DNA of 64,000 nucleotides, taken from the NCBI RefSeq assembly GCF_964355755.1, contig NC_092672.1, positions 9,486,001-9,550,000 of the forward strand, written 5' to 3'. The stretch comes from Antedon mediterranea. Lineage: Eukaryota; Animalia; Echinodermata. Positions within the stretch are counted from its first letter, which is position 1. The number at the start of each line of letters is the position of its first letter. Shown here piece by piece: positions 22,943 to 35,903 of this stretch. The position numbers and the translations under genes are program-made. The notes beneath the pieces were generated by a model that made no database searches, had not been told where the DNA came from, and saw only the letters and a program-made list of their open reading frames with translations.

Positions 22943-24875
22943 TCGCTGAGCATAGGTAACATAAGGTAAACATGATTGTATTATAGAGAAAAGACACTGT
23001 AGTACATTATTATTAGAAAAAGAAATAAATACGTGTCTATGTGGTATTGTAATTATTTTCAATAAAAGTAATGATACAACAATTGTTTCTTAGATCTTAT
23101 GTGTTTGTATTTGTTTTCTTTGTTTAAAACGTATGCAGACACGCACAACAATTAAGTCCTAAACTAAATACCGTAGGCCTACTTCACTCACTAGTATAAT
23201 CAGAAAGGTATACCTCCCTGGTATATTCATCGTTTGTAGTGAGTATGCTACCAGTCTAAATTATCAAATGTCATAATTATCCAACATATTTGCCAACAAC
23301 AATAAAATAAATCAAATATCTTGTTACATTATACAGACGTCTAATGAATCGTGACATTAACACTCTATCAATTTATCTGTATCGTTTGTTGTATCTATGA
23401 ATGTTTTATTTTTATTTTTTATTTATTCGACTTCTCACTAACTCAGTTAGTGAAGGATCTGGACCAACAGGTGGTAAACACCTCTAAAACGGTCCAGTCT
23501 CAATTTGCACAGTGGCTGTGTGTGTGTGTTCCACCAGTTTCAACAGTAATATACGTGTTCTGCTTCATTATTGTTCCTAAAGTTGACTGAATAAGGTTAA
23601 GAATACGAAACTATACATGTAACACGTCCTGCTTTAAATATAGCTCAGCATACATGCATGTTGGATTCATGGGTACTCCCATAATTAAATCAGACTTTTG
23701 CCTAATTGATTCTTCTTTTATTTGGAATGGGGTGGCTAATATCATGTTTGATATACGCTATTATAGCTAATATCATGTTTGTCTACAGTCGATGTAAGTT
23801 AATGAGTTCTATATTAGTTGTACGTTAGACTTACCCCTCTGTCTGTATTTATTGTCTTTTTTATGTTAGTCCACCAGTCGACGTTTCGATTCTTGTCTGA
23901 AAACATAAGCTCAAGTAGTATACGTATGAAACGCCATATGTGCCAAGATATTTATATTTTTACTAATATTATGTCAAAACTCCGTCTGGAACCCAAACTA
24001 AGTTATACGCGTATAACGGTCTCTGATTTAATTAAGCGCGTGTCCTATCATGTTCGTCGACAGATACAACCTCTCTATCGTCATTGACGTTTGGAATTTT
24101 CTAATTGTTATCATTGGAATCATTTAACGATTGGTTTTGTTTTTGAAATTTCACATATACCGAAAACTATATTTTTTGAATGAAATTAAAATGAATGTCT
24201 CAAATAAACATTCTTCTAGGCTAGAGGGTCTACTTGCTCTGCATGTTGATATCGTTGATTGTCGTCTCAGTTATTCTTGACGAAATCAGTTTTCCATCTG
24301 AAAATTCCAACAACCTACAGTATGTTCGTGTAGATAATTATATTTTCTTCTTGTTTTTTCTTTGTTTCAATTTGTTTATGCTGTTGCGCATTCTGTTCCA
24401 TTTTCAGTTTTGGATATTCCACCATGTAATATATTGGTGGAGGCTTTAACTGTATAGAGAGAGAGACTCGCTTGGTTGCTTGTATTAGAACTTTATTCAA
24501 CTTAACTATATGCTTCTTATAATGCAATACAGTAATATCATATCGCCTTATTAGGAACAGCGGAATAATGATGCTGTGTATTAGGTGTGTCTCTGTAAAT
24601 GTCTGTGAGTTGAAAACTCTTTTGCTGAAACTGCTGAATTATCGGTTTTTGTTCACATAGTCATTACATCATTTGTGAGCTTATCTATTGTTCTTAAGTT
24701 TTTCCAGGTACTTCTTAATGAATTGATTAATGGTATGGATATTGCTGTTCAATTTGTTCACGATATTGTTTATGATTGATATTGTTTTACAATAGAAAAT
24801 ATCTGCTTAGATTAGATACACATGTTAAAATGAATATTTTGTAGATTCAGTTTGTGAACTCTATACTGGTCATTG

Positions 24876-27800
24876 TAGTTGGGGAGCCAGGAAGGGTTTA
24901 CCTGCACCCTCTAGCAAACTATGTTAACAATGTTTTTTTGCTTCCTTATATATCAATACAAATCAATTTTTTGCTGTTGGCCGAAAAAAAATTGGGATGC
25001 TTGGTCAGTACAGGGGCCAAAAGGTCAATATGGTTAAAGTTAGAACTGTGTGTAACTTGGTAACTACTGGGTGTATTGGAATATTTTTTGTACCAAACTA
25101 CTCAGAAGACCCATATTTCTATTCACTCTAATGGGAAACTTTTGCCGAAGGTGGACAGAAACCCCTTTTCTGACCACTGGTCAAGAAATTGGCCATATGA
25201 ATATCTCATCAACCACTGGTCAGAAAGTGATAATTGTGATAATTGTGGTCTCAAATTACTCGCAAAGTATATGTTTATATTTGTTCTAATGTAATAAAAA
25301 TCATAAAACTCTAAATAAACCCCTAATTTTGACCTTTGACTTATAGCCGGCACAAATATGTTTGGGTTGGAGCACACTTTTCATATCTTATAAATTGTTG
25401 GGCGGATATGGTCATAGTTTGTGTCAAAATACTCAGAAAATACATATTTCTATTCACTTTAATGGACAACTTTTGCTAAAAATGACCATGAAATGTTATT
25501 TTTGACCATTGGTCAAGAAAATAGCCATATCAATATCTCAGCAACCACTAGTCAGAAAGTTATAATTTTAGTCTCAAATTACTCGCAAAACATATATTTA
25601 TATTTGCTCTAATTCAACAGAAATACACAAAATGTTAAAAAACACCTTATTTTTACATTTAACCTATAGCTGGTACAAACATTTTTGCGTGGAGCACACA
25701 AGTTATGAAAAAGTGGAGCCTTACTTTTCAGGTATCACATGATAAATTGAAACGCGTTGCCCACGATACACCATACGGTAGGCTACTCCAGGCCCGTAAA
25801 CTAGTTTTTATAGAGGTTCGAATTTGAAAGCCTTTGATAGACCTACCAATTACGATTAATTTGTAGGCCCTATGTGTATTAAATTTCAAATACACCGGCT
25901 CTGTGGATGATGGTTTTCAGTGAAAGAGGTGGCGATTAGGAGGGAATTCTCAACCTCAGCCCCCGCCCCCCATCGTGTTGGGATTGAGTAAGGATATTTG
26001 GAAAATATGGACCTATAGTTGACCAGAAATTAAGTTATGTAAAAATCGTATCAAAGTTCCAGCTTGGAGTCAATTGTATAAAACTTTAAAAATATATTTG
26101 AATCTGAAATATACACATAGGTCGAGCCAAGGGACGGTTAAGTGAAGGGGTCTTCTGCACCACCTCAGTCCCATCATGGTTGGAGCTGAGGTAAGAAAAT
26201 GGAAACATTGATCTTTTAGTTGGTACAATCATATCAAACTTCTCAATTCTTTAACACTAATGTTGTTTGTACTGTCTACTTTTAATTTATGGATAGGGAA
26301 AGTCACGCCGTCTCTACACACATAGACTGCTCAAATCATTATGCTATAATATCAAATTTAAACTCATGCAATATTTCACTTAAAACTATAACCATTTTCT
26401 TGTGTTTAATAAAATTATGAAAATCTAAAGAAAAATCAAAGAAAACCGTTACTACAATAGTATGACTAAGTTATAATGATCCTAAAGGACATTATTGTTA
26501 TTTACTCATATCTCCTCCTTTTTGTTGGATTTACTAATAATTTAAGAAGCAAATAAATGAATGAACATTGAATAGTAAACCATCATATTACAGCAGTGCG
26601 CATGTGATTTTAATATCCTAACTATATATTTTAGTATCCTAAATATAGGTTTGTGAATAAAGATTAACTAATTTACTTATTTTTGTTTATTTGTATTAAA
26701 AAAATTCAATATAACTTAGTATGTTGCATCAAACGGGTTATTGTAATGGAGGGAAACATTGGAACATCTGAACAAAACAAACCTAAGTTCTTTAGAATTA
26801 AATTATTAATTTTTAGTTTTAATTGTAATCACATACTGTACAGTGAGCAGTATGAATGAAGTTTAAGGTTTACTGTGCAATGTCATAACAAACATGGTAA
26901 GCTTCTCAATTAGTATTAGTTGTAAATTATAATAAGTTAGTGATTCCAAACCATAATATATAGCCATACTACGGTTACTTTGATTTGTTGTTATTATATT
27001 GTTCAACTATGGTTTTAAAATATGTAACAGTATACTGTATAGCATTTGTCATTCATTTACCGAAGTTCTTTAAAATTGTTAAACAGTGATATAGTTTAGA
27101 TTGTAATTAATACTAAATATTAATAATGATCTTGGTGATAAGAGATTTAACTGTGATGTTATTCATTAAAATTAATAGAAATATCTACTTAGGACTTCCG
27201 ATACAAAGTATTCATAGTATATACCATACTCACACAACAGTCAATGATATTTTGATATTAAGCAAGACAATTCGCTAGTTATTAAAAATGTAAGTGTGCT
27301 CCACGAAAAAATGTTTGTACCAGCTATAGGTTAAATGTCAAAATAAGGTATTTTTAAACATTTTGTGTATTTCTGTTGTATTAGAGCAAATATAATTATA
27401 TATATTGCGAGTAATTTGAAACTAAAATTATAACTTTCTGACTAGTGGTTGCTGAGAAATTGATTTGGCTATTTTCTTGACTAATGGTAAAAAATAAAGT
27501 TTCACAGTCATTTTTGGCAAAAGTTGTCCATTAAAGTGAATAGAAATATGTATCTTCTGAGTATTTTGACACCAACTATGACCATATCCGCCCACAAATT
27601 TCTGAGAAATGAAAAGTGTGCTCCAAGCCAAAAATATTTGTGCCGGCTATATATCAAAGGTCAAAATTAACGGTTTATTGACACGGTTTTATGATTTTTT
27701 ATTACATTAGAACAAATATAAACATATACTTTGCGAGTAATTTGAGACCACAATTATTACTTTCTGACCACTGGTTGCTGAGATATTCATATGGCCAATT

Positions 27801-28107
27801 TATTGACCAGTGGTCAGAAAAGGTGTTTCTGTCCACTTTTGGCAAAAGTTTCCCATTAGAGTGAATATAAATATGGGTCTTCTGAGTAGTTTGGTACAAA
27901 AATATTCCAATACACCCAGTAGTTACCAAGTTACGCAAAGTCTTAACTTTGACCATATTGACCTTTTGGCCCCTGTACTGACCGAACATCCCAACTTTTT
28001 TTCGGCCAACAGCAAAAAATTGATTTGTATTGATAAAGGAAGCTAAAAAACATTGTTGGCATAGTTTGCTAGAGGGTGCAGGTAAACCCCTTCTGGCTCC
28101 CCAACTA
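24876..28107. mobile_element. 3.2-kb non-autonomous DNA transposon with ~820-bp TIRs (Academ-like)
   Basis: 24876-~25699 is the inverted complement of ~27294-28107; ends TAGTTGGGGAGCCAG / CTGGCTCCCCAACTA; TTG on both flanks; no transposase ORF seen in the spacer. Confidence 0.85.
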
Positions 28108-28198
28108 TTGGTAGAAAGGTGACATTTTATGGAAAGTATAACTACATTGCAGTCTCGATGTTTATTTTAATTACACTGGTACTATTGTTTTTTTTACT

Positions 28199-28430
28199 AA
28201 TAATCCTAGAAGAATAACGTTACTTATTATATTTCCTGACAATCTCTCTCCCACTTTTACCAAATAAAACATCGTTTCCTCTCTATAATGTTCCATATAA
28301 TTTGGTAAATTTTACCTAATATTCCTAGAAGAATAACGTTACTTATTATATTACCTGACAATCTCTCTCACTCGTTTACCAAATAAAACATCGTTTCCTC
28401 TCTGTATAACGTTCTATATAATTTGGTAAT
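28199..28430. repeat. ~120-bp direct tandem duplication upstream of G6
   Basis: cctagaagaataacgttacttattata...ataatttggtaa occurs twice; single in the paralogous region near 31805-31915. Confidence 0.75.
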
Positions 28431-28754
28431 TAAAATTTACAGAGGTTAGTTTTAATACCAAGAATGATTCTGTTTACATGTAAATGTGACGTACATATTA
28501 CATGTCTGCGATTGGTCGAACTTGACGATGAGTATATTTATGTCAATTTATTTGCATCAGATAATCAAATGGTCAGTTACCGTCTGTCAACAGAGCTGCT
28601 AAACTTACAGCTTAACGCAAGTACTGTTTTACAGACATCGAAAGATAACAAACAGTATGTAGTATGAAGCTTTAAAATATTGAAATGTTGATATTATATG
28701 CACATCTGTTTGAATAGGATACTCTTTATTAATGTATTTTTATTATTTCTTTAG

Positions 28755-29848
28755 ATGGATAGTTCCAAAGTCTACAATAGTAGCAGAGAATATGTATATG
28801 AATCATCGTTTGTGACCGACCACTGGGATGACTTAATTCAATTAATGTCATATACAATGGTGGATAAAATCATCATCACCGTATTTATGCCGATTGTCGT
28901 TATTTTTGGTATAATTGGGAATATCACAACTATTACTGTGATAGCTAGAAATCAGCGCATGCACACGTCTGTTAACGTGTATTTAGCCAACTTGGCGATT
29001 GCGGATACGTTGTTTCTTGCGTTGGCACCTGATTTAATTTGGACGTCTTTTGTTGGTCATGGCTCAATGAACATTGAGTTTATGAATAATATTAAGAAAA
29101 AATGGATTTGCAAGTTTAATATTTACTTCGTTGACACTGCAGTCCAAGTTGCAATTTTCACAATCTTTGCGATGTCCTTCGACCGATATCGGGCAATCTG
29201 TCATCCAATTAAATTTCGTACCAGTAAGTCACGATCGTTTTCTAAAACCATAAAGACATGTTGCTTTATATGGCTTATAACTTTAGCTTGGCAGTCCAGG
29301 AAGCTGGTTTGGGTAGAAATCACCGCATTTAAATTTCCTTGGCCTGACATGTATAATGGAGTTCCAAAATCGACAACAACATGTGTTTATTGTGCACGTT
29401 CTGATGAATTAGACTGTAGAATTGATGATTATATTTATGTTTTTGATACTTGTCTATCATTGACACTTATTTTAGTTGTTGCCGGTTTGTATACGGCAAT
29501 GTTAATCACGCTAAAACGATCTACTTTCACTGCAGCTAATTCCACAGGTAACAAATCAAGATCAAAATCCGAGAAGAAAGTTTTCTTGACTGTGTTCCTG
29601 ACCGTCACCGTCTACATTGTTTGTGCTGCGCCATTTGGTCTTCGGAATATTATCGTCCTTTATACAGTAGCTATGTTGATTTTAAAACTTCACTCAAAAG
29701 TATTAATATAGTGCGTGTTTTAATATACATAAATTCTTCGGTAAATCCAATCATATATAATGCTGTAAATAATGAATTTAGACAAGCTTTTCTAGATATG
29801 TTTTATTGTAAGAATCGTGGAAACACTAACCGTACACTAACTGTTTAA
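28755..29848 (+). pseudogene. GPCR copy G6, frameshifted by a 5-bp insertion in ECL3
   Basis: ORFs 28755-29711 and 29621-29848; removing 5 nt of TACAGTA (29663-29669) gives NIIVLYSYVDFKTSLKSINIVR, colinear with G1. Confidence 0.85.
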
Positions 29849-32199
29849 TGTGCATAACACTCAACGACAGGTACACAATAGCTCAGCCACAGGTATCAGA
29901 TAGTTTCAGATATATCTGTTAAATGTACAACAATTAAAACTATGTTACAGAAATTACGGGTGAAAAACATATTCAACAACATTGAAATGGTTTACGACCG
30001 AACATGGACATTTTACGAAATTTGCTAAATCCATCTTCCAACACCTAACTGCCTTATTATGTATTGCAGGCAAAAAGGCTTTGGATATAATACCTGTTAA
30101 AATACAACAATGTGATCATATTTAAACTTTCAAATTAAATTACAAACAAATTGTATATATTTTATTTTCTACAGTATATTGATATTTCAACTTCATTTCA
30201 CTGTAGCTTAGCGTCTCTTTATGGTTATTTTCATATTTACAAAAAGGACAATTGTACCACCTTATTTCTGAATTATGTTTTCCTGTAAAAATATTTTTTT
30301 AAATAAAAATAAATACACTTCTCTTTAAATTGTTTAATACAGAATTTGTCAAAATTCTGCTGTAAAAACCCCTTTTCAGTATAGTTTTCATGTTATCAGA
30401 TGACTTCCAATTTCGTTTTCATGTTACTTCAAGTTTGTGGGTGTACGGTGATAAAAATTGTAAAATCTATTTTAAAATAGTGATCTCATAACACCGTTTA
30501 TTTTTCATAATTTAAAATATACCTTTGTATTACAACATTTGTATACAACGGAATATGGGCAATTTGAACTGTCCACTTATTATGAACGTGCTTATTTTCC
30601 GACAAATCCTGTAAAAAACATTATGAAACATTAGGGGAATCTATAGATCGATAATTATTGGAATGTAACACTCTTTGGCTGCATCTGGTCTTTCTCACTA
30701 ACAATGTTATACCTAATTTATGTGTAAACTATTTAGAAATAATTAGGCTGTATTGTGTGTTCAATACTCACTTACTCATACTAACATAATGCATGGTTTA
30801 CAATATATAAATTCTTCGGTAAATCCAATTGTTTGTTTGTTTTATTGGCTTTTCCACACATTTTAAAATAAAAAAATTTTACAAATTTTGAATAAGATAG
30901 GCACAAAACATAAAAACATCACAAATGTGCAGATGGAGGTTAAAATAAGTTGCGGACAACTTTAAGTCATGACCACCAGTTAAAAAAATAATATATAAAG
31001 GGTAAGATTGTATATTTACAAAAGGGAATTTGAACCACCTTATTTCTGAATTATGTGAACTTCTCTTAAATTGTCAACAGCAGTATGTGTCAACAATCTG
31101 CTGTAAACTCCTTTTAAAAAACTTTTTTTCAAATGATGATGTCATCTGGTGAATGCCTATTTTGCTTAAAAACATTAACAAACATAGGTGAATCTTAGAT
31201 CAATCCTTATTGGAATGTAAAAAACTGTATATAGTAATATGTTTTTAGCTGCATCTGGTCTTTAACTTCAACAGTGTAATTACACCTTAAATATGTGAAA
31301 ACTATCAATAATAAAGTCGTATAGCTTGTTTCAGTTGGATAAGATACTAAATGAAATCTGAAATGGAATCCTAACCATGAAGTTTGATTTGCCACAAGTA
31401 TAAATTATAGTATTTCTTTTATGGACCGGGAAGAATTTTTCCACTCAAACTGAAGTATAGTTATGACACGTCATATGTCAAATGTTTTCTTTTAGATATT
31501 AGTTCACATTTCCGTCTAGAACCTGGACTACAGATCAATACTATAATAAGCTATGAAATTGGCAAAACCGTACTGTATATAATATTTTTGTTATTTAAAA
31601 AGGTATTAAATTATTATAACTAAATAAATACGTTTCTGCGTCGTATTGTATTTGTTTAAAATAACAAGCATTCTTTTTTGTTTGTTTTTATGTTCTTCCG
31701 AAGTATGAAATTTAAAGTAATATTTCCATCATCAATATACCTAAGTCGCCTTCCTGTCGCAGTTGTTGTGATTATATTGGTACTATTGGGTTTCTTTATC
31801 AACATACCTGGTAGAATAAAATTACTATTATCTTTCCTGACAGTCTCACTCTTACCTCATTAACACATCGGATCATGTGTATAATGTTCCAGGTATAGAG
31901 ATGACATGTGGTAATTAAAATTTACGGACATTTACAGGTTGCTGGTGTTTACAATGACGTACATAATCATCATGTTTTTTATTTGCCAAACTTTAAAAAG
32001 TTTTTGTCAAGTAATTAAGTGAGCAGTTATATTTATTTTTCTTTGCAGTTAATAGAGGTGGTAAACTCATGACTATTTTTGCAAACATCTGAAGATAACA
32101 AATGGTATGTATATTGTGAAGCTTTACTATTAAAATTATCTGGAGAAACTGAGCCTTTTATAACACTATCTCTCTTACTGGCGAATTACGATATCTAAA

Positions 32200-32500
32200 T
32201 AGTTACGATCAGACTATTTTTATGAAATATGGACCGGCTACTCTTCAATGTATAGAAATTATTGGAATCAATCGATTTCGATACAATGGTGGATAAAATC
32301 GTAATCACCATATTTATGCCGATTGCAGTTTTTATTTACATAATTGGAAAGATAATGACTATTACTGTGATTTTTAGATATCAACGCATGCGGACTTCTG
32401 TCAACGTGTATTAAACAAACTTGGCGATTGCGGATACGTTGTTTCTTGTATTCGTACTTGATTTAATTTGGACTTCTTTTGTTGATGGCCCACTACGCAA
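32200..32500 (+). pseudogene. GPCR relic G7 (N-terminus to TM2 only)
   Basis: atacaatggtggataaaatc...ttggcgattgcggatacg...ggcccactacgc with deletions and a TAA; upstream region resembles that of G6. Confidence 0.85.
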
Positions 32501-33022
32501 TGTCTTTATTTTGGACAAGATCCATCAGACATTGACTGATTGCTCTATTGAGTAACATGTGTCAAGGTTTTATTTCTCAAAAACCTAATTTATATAAATT
32601 TAATTATGAGCCCCATAATTGGCTACTGTTTAATGTCCCCTATGTCAGATCCTTCTATCTCATATTATAACAAAATCACCTTACACCATTTTGGTCACAA
32701 CTTATAACATTGCCTTGGATGTCGCCCTCTGGAAAACCAGTGTTTTTTTAAGAATAATAATTATATCACGTGGATTTATTAATAGAATTTTAATTTAAAA
32801 TGTTTCGTACACTACGTATTCACTCACATTGCAAAATAATCGGCTTCATGTTGGTCACAACTCGTACTACAATAGATACATAGTTAGAAACACTGAAATT
32901 CAGCAAAGTGTACGTATTTATTGGTGTAGCATGACATGTTTGTATAAGTTGTAAATGTGTACTGTTTATTGTTGAATCGTAATCATAATCATACATTTAT
33001 TGAGTTTATTTTATTTTTTTAG

Positions 33023-34153
33023 ATGATGGACAATGTCAACAGCAGTTATTCTTATGATTGGAGCGACTATTCTTCAAAGGACATGTACGGTTGGGATGAA
33101 GTTATTGAAATGTATTCATATTCATTAGTGGACAAAATTGTTATTGTCATATTTATGCCGATTGTAGTTATTTTTGGTATAATCGGAAATATAATGACTA
33201 TCGTTGTGATAGTGCGAAATCAGCGCATGCACACTTCTGTAAACGTGTATTTTGCCAACTTGGCGATTGCAGATACGTTGTTTCTTGCGTTGGCACCTGA
33301 TTTATTTTGGACTTCTATTGTTGATAGCCCACTACGCTTTGAGTATAATATCGGTGTTGAAAATACATGGATTTGCACGTTCTACTTATACGTTGTAGAT
33401 ACTGTGTTTCAAGTGGCAATTTTCATAATCTTTGCAATGTCAATCGACCGATATAAGGCAATCTGTTATCCTATTAAATTTCGGATCAATAATTCAGGAT
33501 CGGTTTCTAGAACCATAAAGACGTGTTGCTTAGTATGGTGTATAACTTTTGCATGGCAGTCGAGGAAGCTTGTTTGGGTAGAAATTTTCACCCGGTCATT
33601 TCCATGGCCTGACATGTATAATGGCGTTCCAAATTCAACAACAACATGTGCTTATTGTGTTGATGAATTAGACTGTAAAATCAATGAATATCTTTATGTG
33701 TTTGATACATGTTTATCGTTAACACTTATTTTAGTTGTTGCTAGTTTGTATAGGACAATGTTAATCACGCTTAAAACATCTCCTTTTATGGCAATCAATT
33801 CAGTTAACAAATCCAGATCTAAATCCGAGAAGACAGTTTTTCTTACTGTGTTTCTGACCGTCACCGTCTTCATTGTATGTACTGCACCATTTGGGATTTT
33901 CAATTTTATTAGCATCTTTGGAAATGTTAATTATAAAAATACAGTTAATCCAGCTAATATATTACGTCTTGCACTGTTGATAAATTCGTCGGTAAATCCA
34001 ATTATATATAATGCTGTAAATGACAGGTTTAGAAAAGCTTTTCTAAATACATTTTGTTGTAATAATTATTGTAAGTACACAAAACACACACTAACCAATG
34101 ACCATGTGGTTACTCCTGTTTTTCTTGTAGCATACTTAAAGACACATAATTAA
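33023..34153 (+). CDS. Orphan class A GPCR copy G8 (376 aa), intact
   Basis: Full 7TM ORF, LAIAD, MSIDRY, NPIIY; tttAG|ATG. Confidence 0.93.
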   Translation: MMDNVNSSYSYDWSDYSSKDMYGWDEVIEMYSYSLVDKIVIVIFMPIVVIFGIIGNIMTIVVIVRNQRMHTSVNVYFANLAIADTLFLALAPDLFWTSIVDSPLRFEYNIGVENTWICTFYLYVVDTVFQVAIFIIFAMSIDRYKAICYPIKFRINNSGSVSRTIKTCCLVWCITFAWQSRKLVWVEIFTRSFPWPDMYNGVPNSTTTCAYCVDELDCKINEYLYVFDTCLSLTLILVVASLYRTMLITLKTSPFMAINSVNKSRSKSEKTVFLTVFLTVTVFIVCTAPFGIFNFISIFGNVNYKNTVNPANILRLALLINSSVNPIIYNAVNDRFRKAFLNTFCCNNYCKYTKHTLTNDHVVTPVFLVAYLKTHN

Positions 34154-35194
34154 TTTATACAGTATGCCTATTATTTTTAGCATATGTTCTGTCGATGTGA
34201 ATGTGTTTTATTTAGAACAAATGTTTAGTTGTAAATGTGTAAATATGTATTGTGCTACATTATGGTGCAACTGTAATCAGGGGTACCTTGCGATCTCTTC
34301 ATGTATGCTACAATAATGGGTTAAAAATGTTGTTGCAGAGGCCTCGACGTTGTAGTTCCAGCCTCATGTTTTCGGAATGTAGAATTCGATGACCTGATGT
34401 GTAGACTCAATTCAAGTAAAAATGTGTTAGTTTCAACGATTATAGGCAACGCCTTATATAAGTCAAAGATGCTCTCCATGGAATGCCATCCTGAGATGTG
34501 TAGTAGTAATTAGTACAGTCTTGTTTATTTTTAATTAATTTAAAATGTAATTTTACTTTCTATGGACCAGATATTCTAAATAATTGAATTACTATTACGG
34601 TATTCTTTCTAAAAGATGACATTAATAACATACAAATTAAATTATATAAACATGAACAATTAGGCTTTGATATTATAATGTAATTAAAATATAACTTATC
34701 ATTTCCAATCAGCACTGTGTGAAACACCAGCGTAAAGACATCATGTTAGAAAACAAAGACAATGGCGAAACAATAAATCAAATTACGTAAAAAAAAACTT
34801 TAGAATTCATGATAAGTCCCGGTCTTTTGTTTCACACGGAGCTACAAATTGCAAGGAGGAGAGAATATGTCCTATCACTGGTCATTCGTTAGTAATATTT
34901 ACACCGAAATTATCTGTTTTTTTGTAAGAAAAATTACAAACAAACGTCACTTAAAACAATGGCATCTAATAAGAACACGCTTATTCCGTCATTGTTTGCT
35001 GGCTACTCATGCAGTACTGACTACAAGGGAGCAACAGCTGCTGGAGCGTACAACTGGCAGAATTTTCGTGGAAATTTCAAACGTTTCTAATAATATATCA
35101 GTACAAATACTACTTTCAACAAACAAAATTACAACCTAAATTCAAGTTTAACTCATATTATTTCACCTCGCACAACTCACTACTTAACTCCGCT

Positions 35195-35495
35195 GCATAT
35201 ATAAATTTGTCGGTAAATCCAATTATATAATGCTGTAAATGTTCTAAATACATTTTGTTCGCAAAAAAACACACTCGCCAATGACCACATGCAGTTAGTC
35301 TTGTTTCACTTGTAAAGCATACTCAAAGACTAGACACATACTTAATTTATACAGTATGCCTATTATTATACTGTATTCTTTATACAAACGATGACATTAA
35401 TAACATACAAATAAAATTATATAAACATGAGAAATTAGACTTTGATATTATAATTTTAATTAAAATATAACTCATCATTGCCAATCAGCACCAAT
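35195..35495 (+). pseudogene. Relic of a GPCR 3' end plus 3' flank (paralogous to G8 end)
   Basis: ataaatttgtcggtaaatccaattatataatgctgtaaat...ccaatgacca...aatttatacagtatgcctatt matches 33980-34175, then matches 34615-34715. Confidence 0.7.
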
Positions 35496-35594
35496 CCGAA
35501 AAGTATAGTTCTTGATTTGCATATAGAGGATTAGAGGAGCACACATGAGTCTCGCGTCGAGTTTGAACGCCCTCATCTAACATCTGACGCATTT

Positions 35595-35903
35595 TTTTTT
35601 TCTCTTTTGTGGCGCAAACACCACTTTTATTCACATTCATATTATCTCATATTACATAAAATCGTATTATTTAACTTGTAAATGTCGTTACAGTTCATAA
35701 GTAACATTTTTACATATATGAATTCTGTATTACTCCTTTTTTCATTAATTTTCTTATATTTTGTTATACACTTTACAGGATCATCAATATCATCTATCCC
35801 GTTTTAAAATAGTTCACACATTTTCATTTGTTTGTTTTCATTTTACAACCCGGATTATACAATATATTTATATACATGATAAAAAAAAACAATAATAGCT
35901 CAG
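35595..35903 (-). mobile_element. ~310-bp retroposed 3' fragment with poly(A) and 12-bp TSD
   Basis: TCTGACGCATTT at 35583-35594 and 35904-35915; minus strand has AATAAA ~25 nt before an A-rich tail. Confidence 0.6.

Noticed and set aside
25071-28046. Mirrored ORFs in the long inverted repeat as a transposase
   Set aside because: Short, no catalytic motif, and produced by the TIR symmetry.
29621-29711. Programmed frameshifting in G6 (or G2)
   Set aside because: No shared slippery site; lesions are at different positions and are explained by simple indels against intact paralogs.
30800-30830. Additional GPCR gene
   Set aside because: Only ~30 nt matching the TM7 NSSVNP codons; too short to call beyond a possible relic.
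34849-35139. 96-aa ORF / GC-richer patch after G8
   Set aside because: TTG start and no recognisable motif in any frame I could read; left unassigned.
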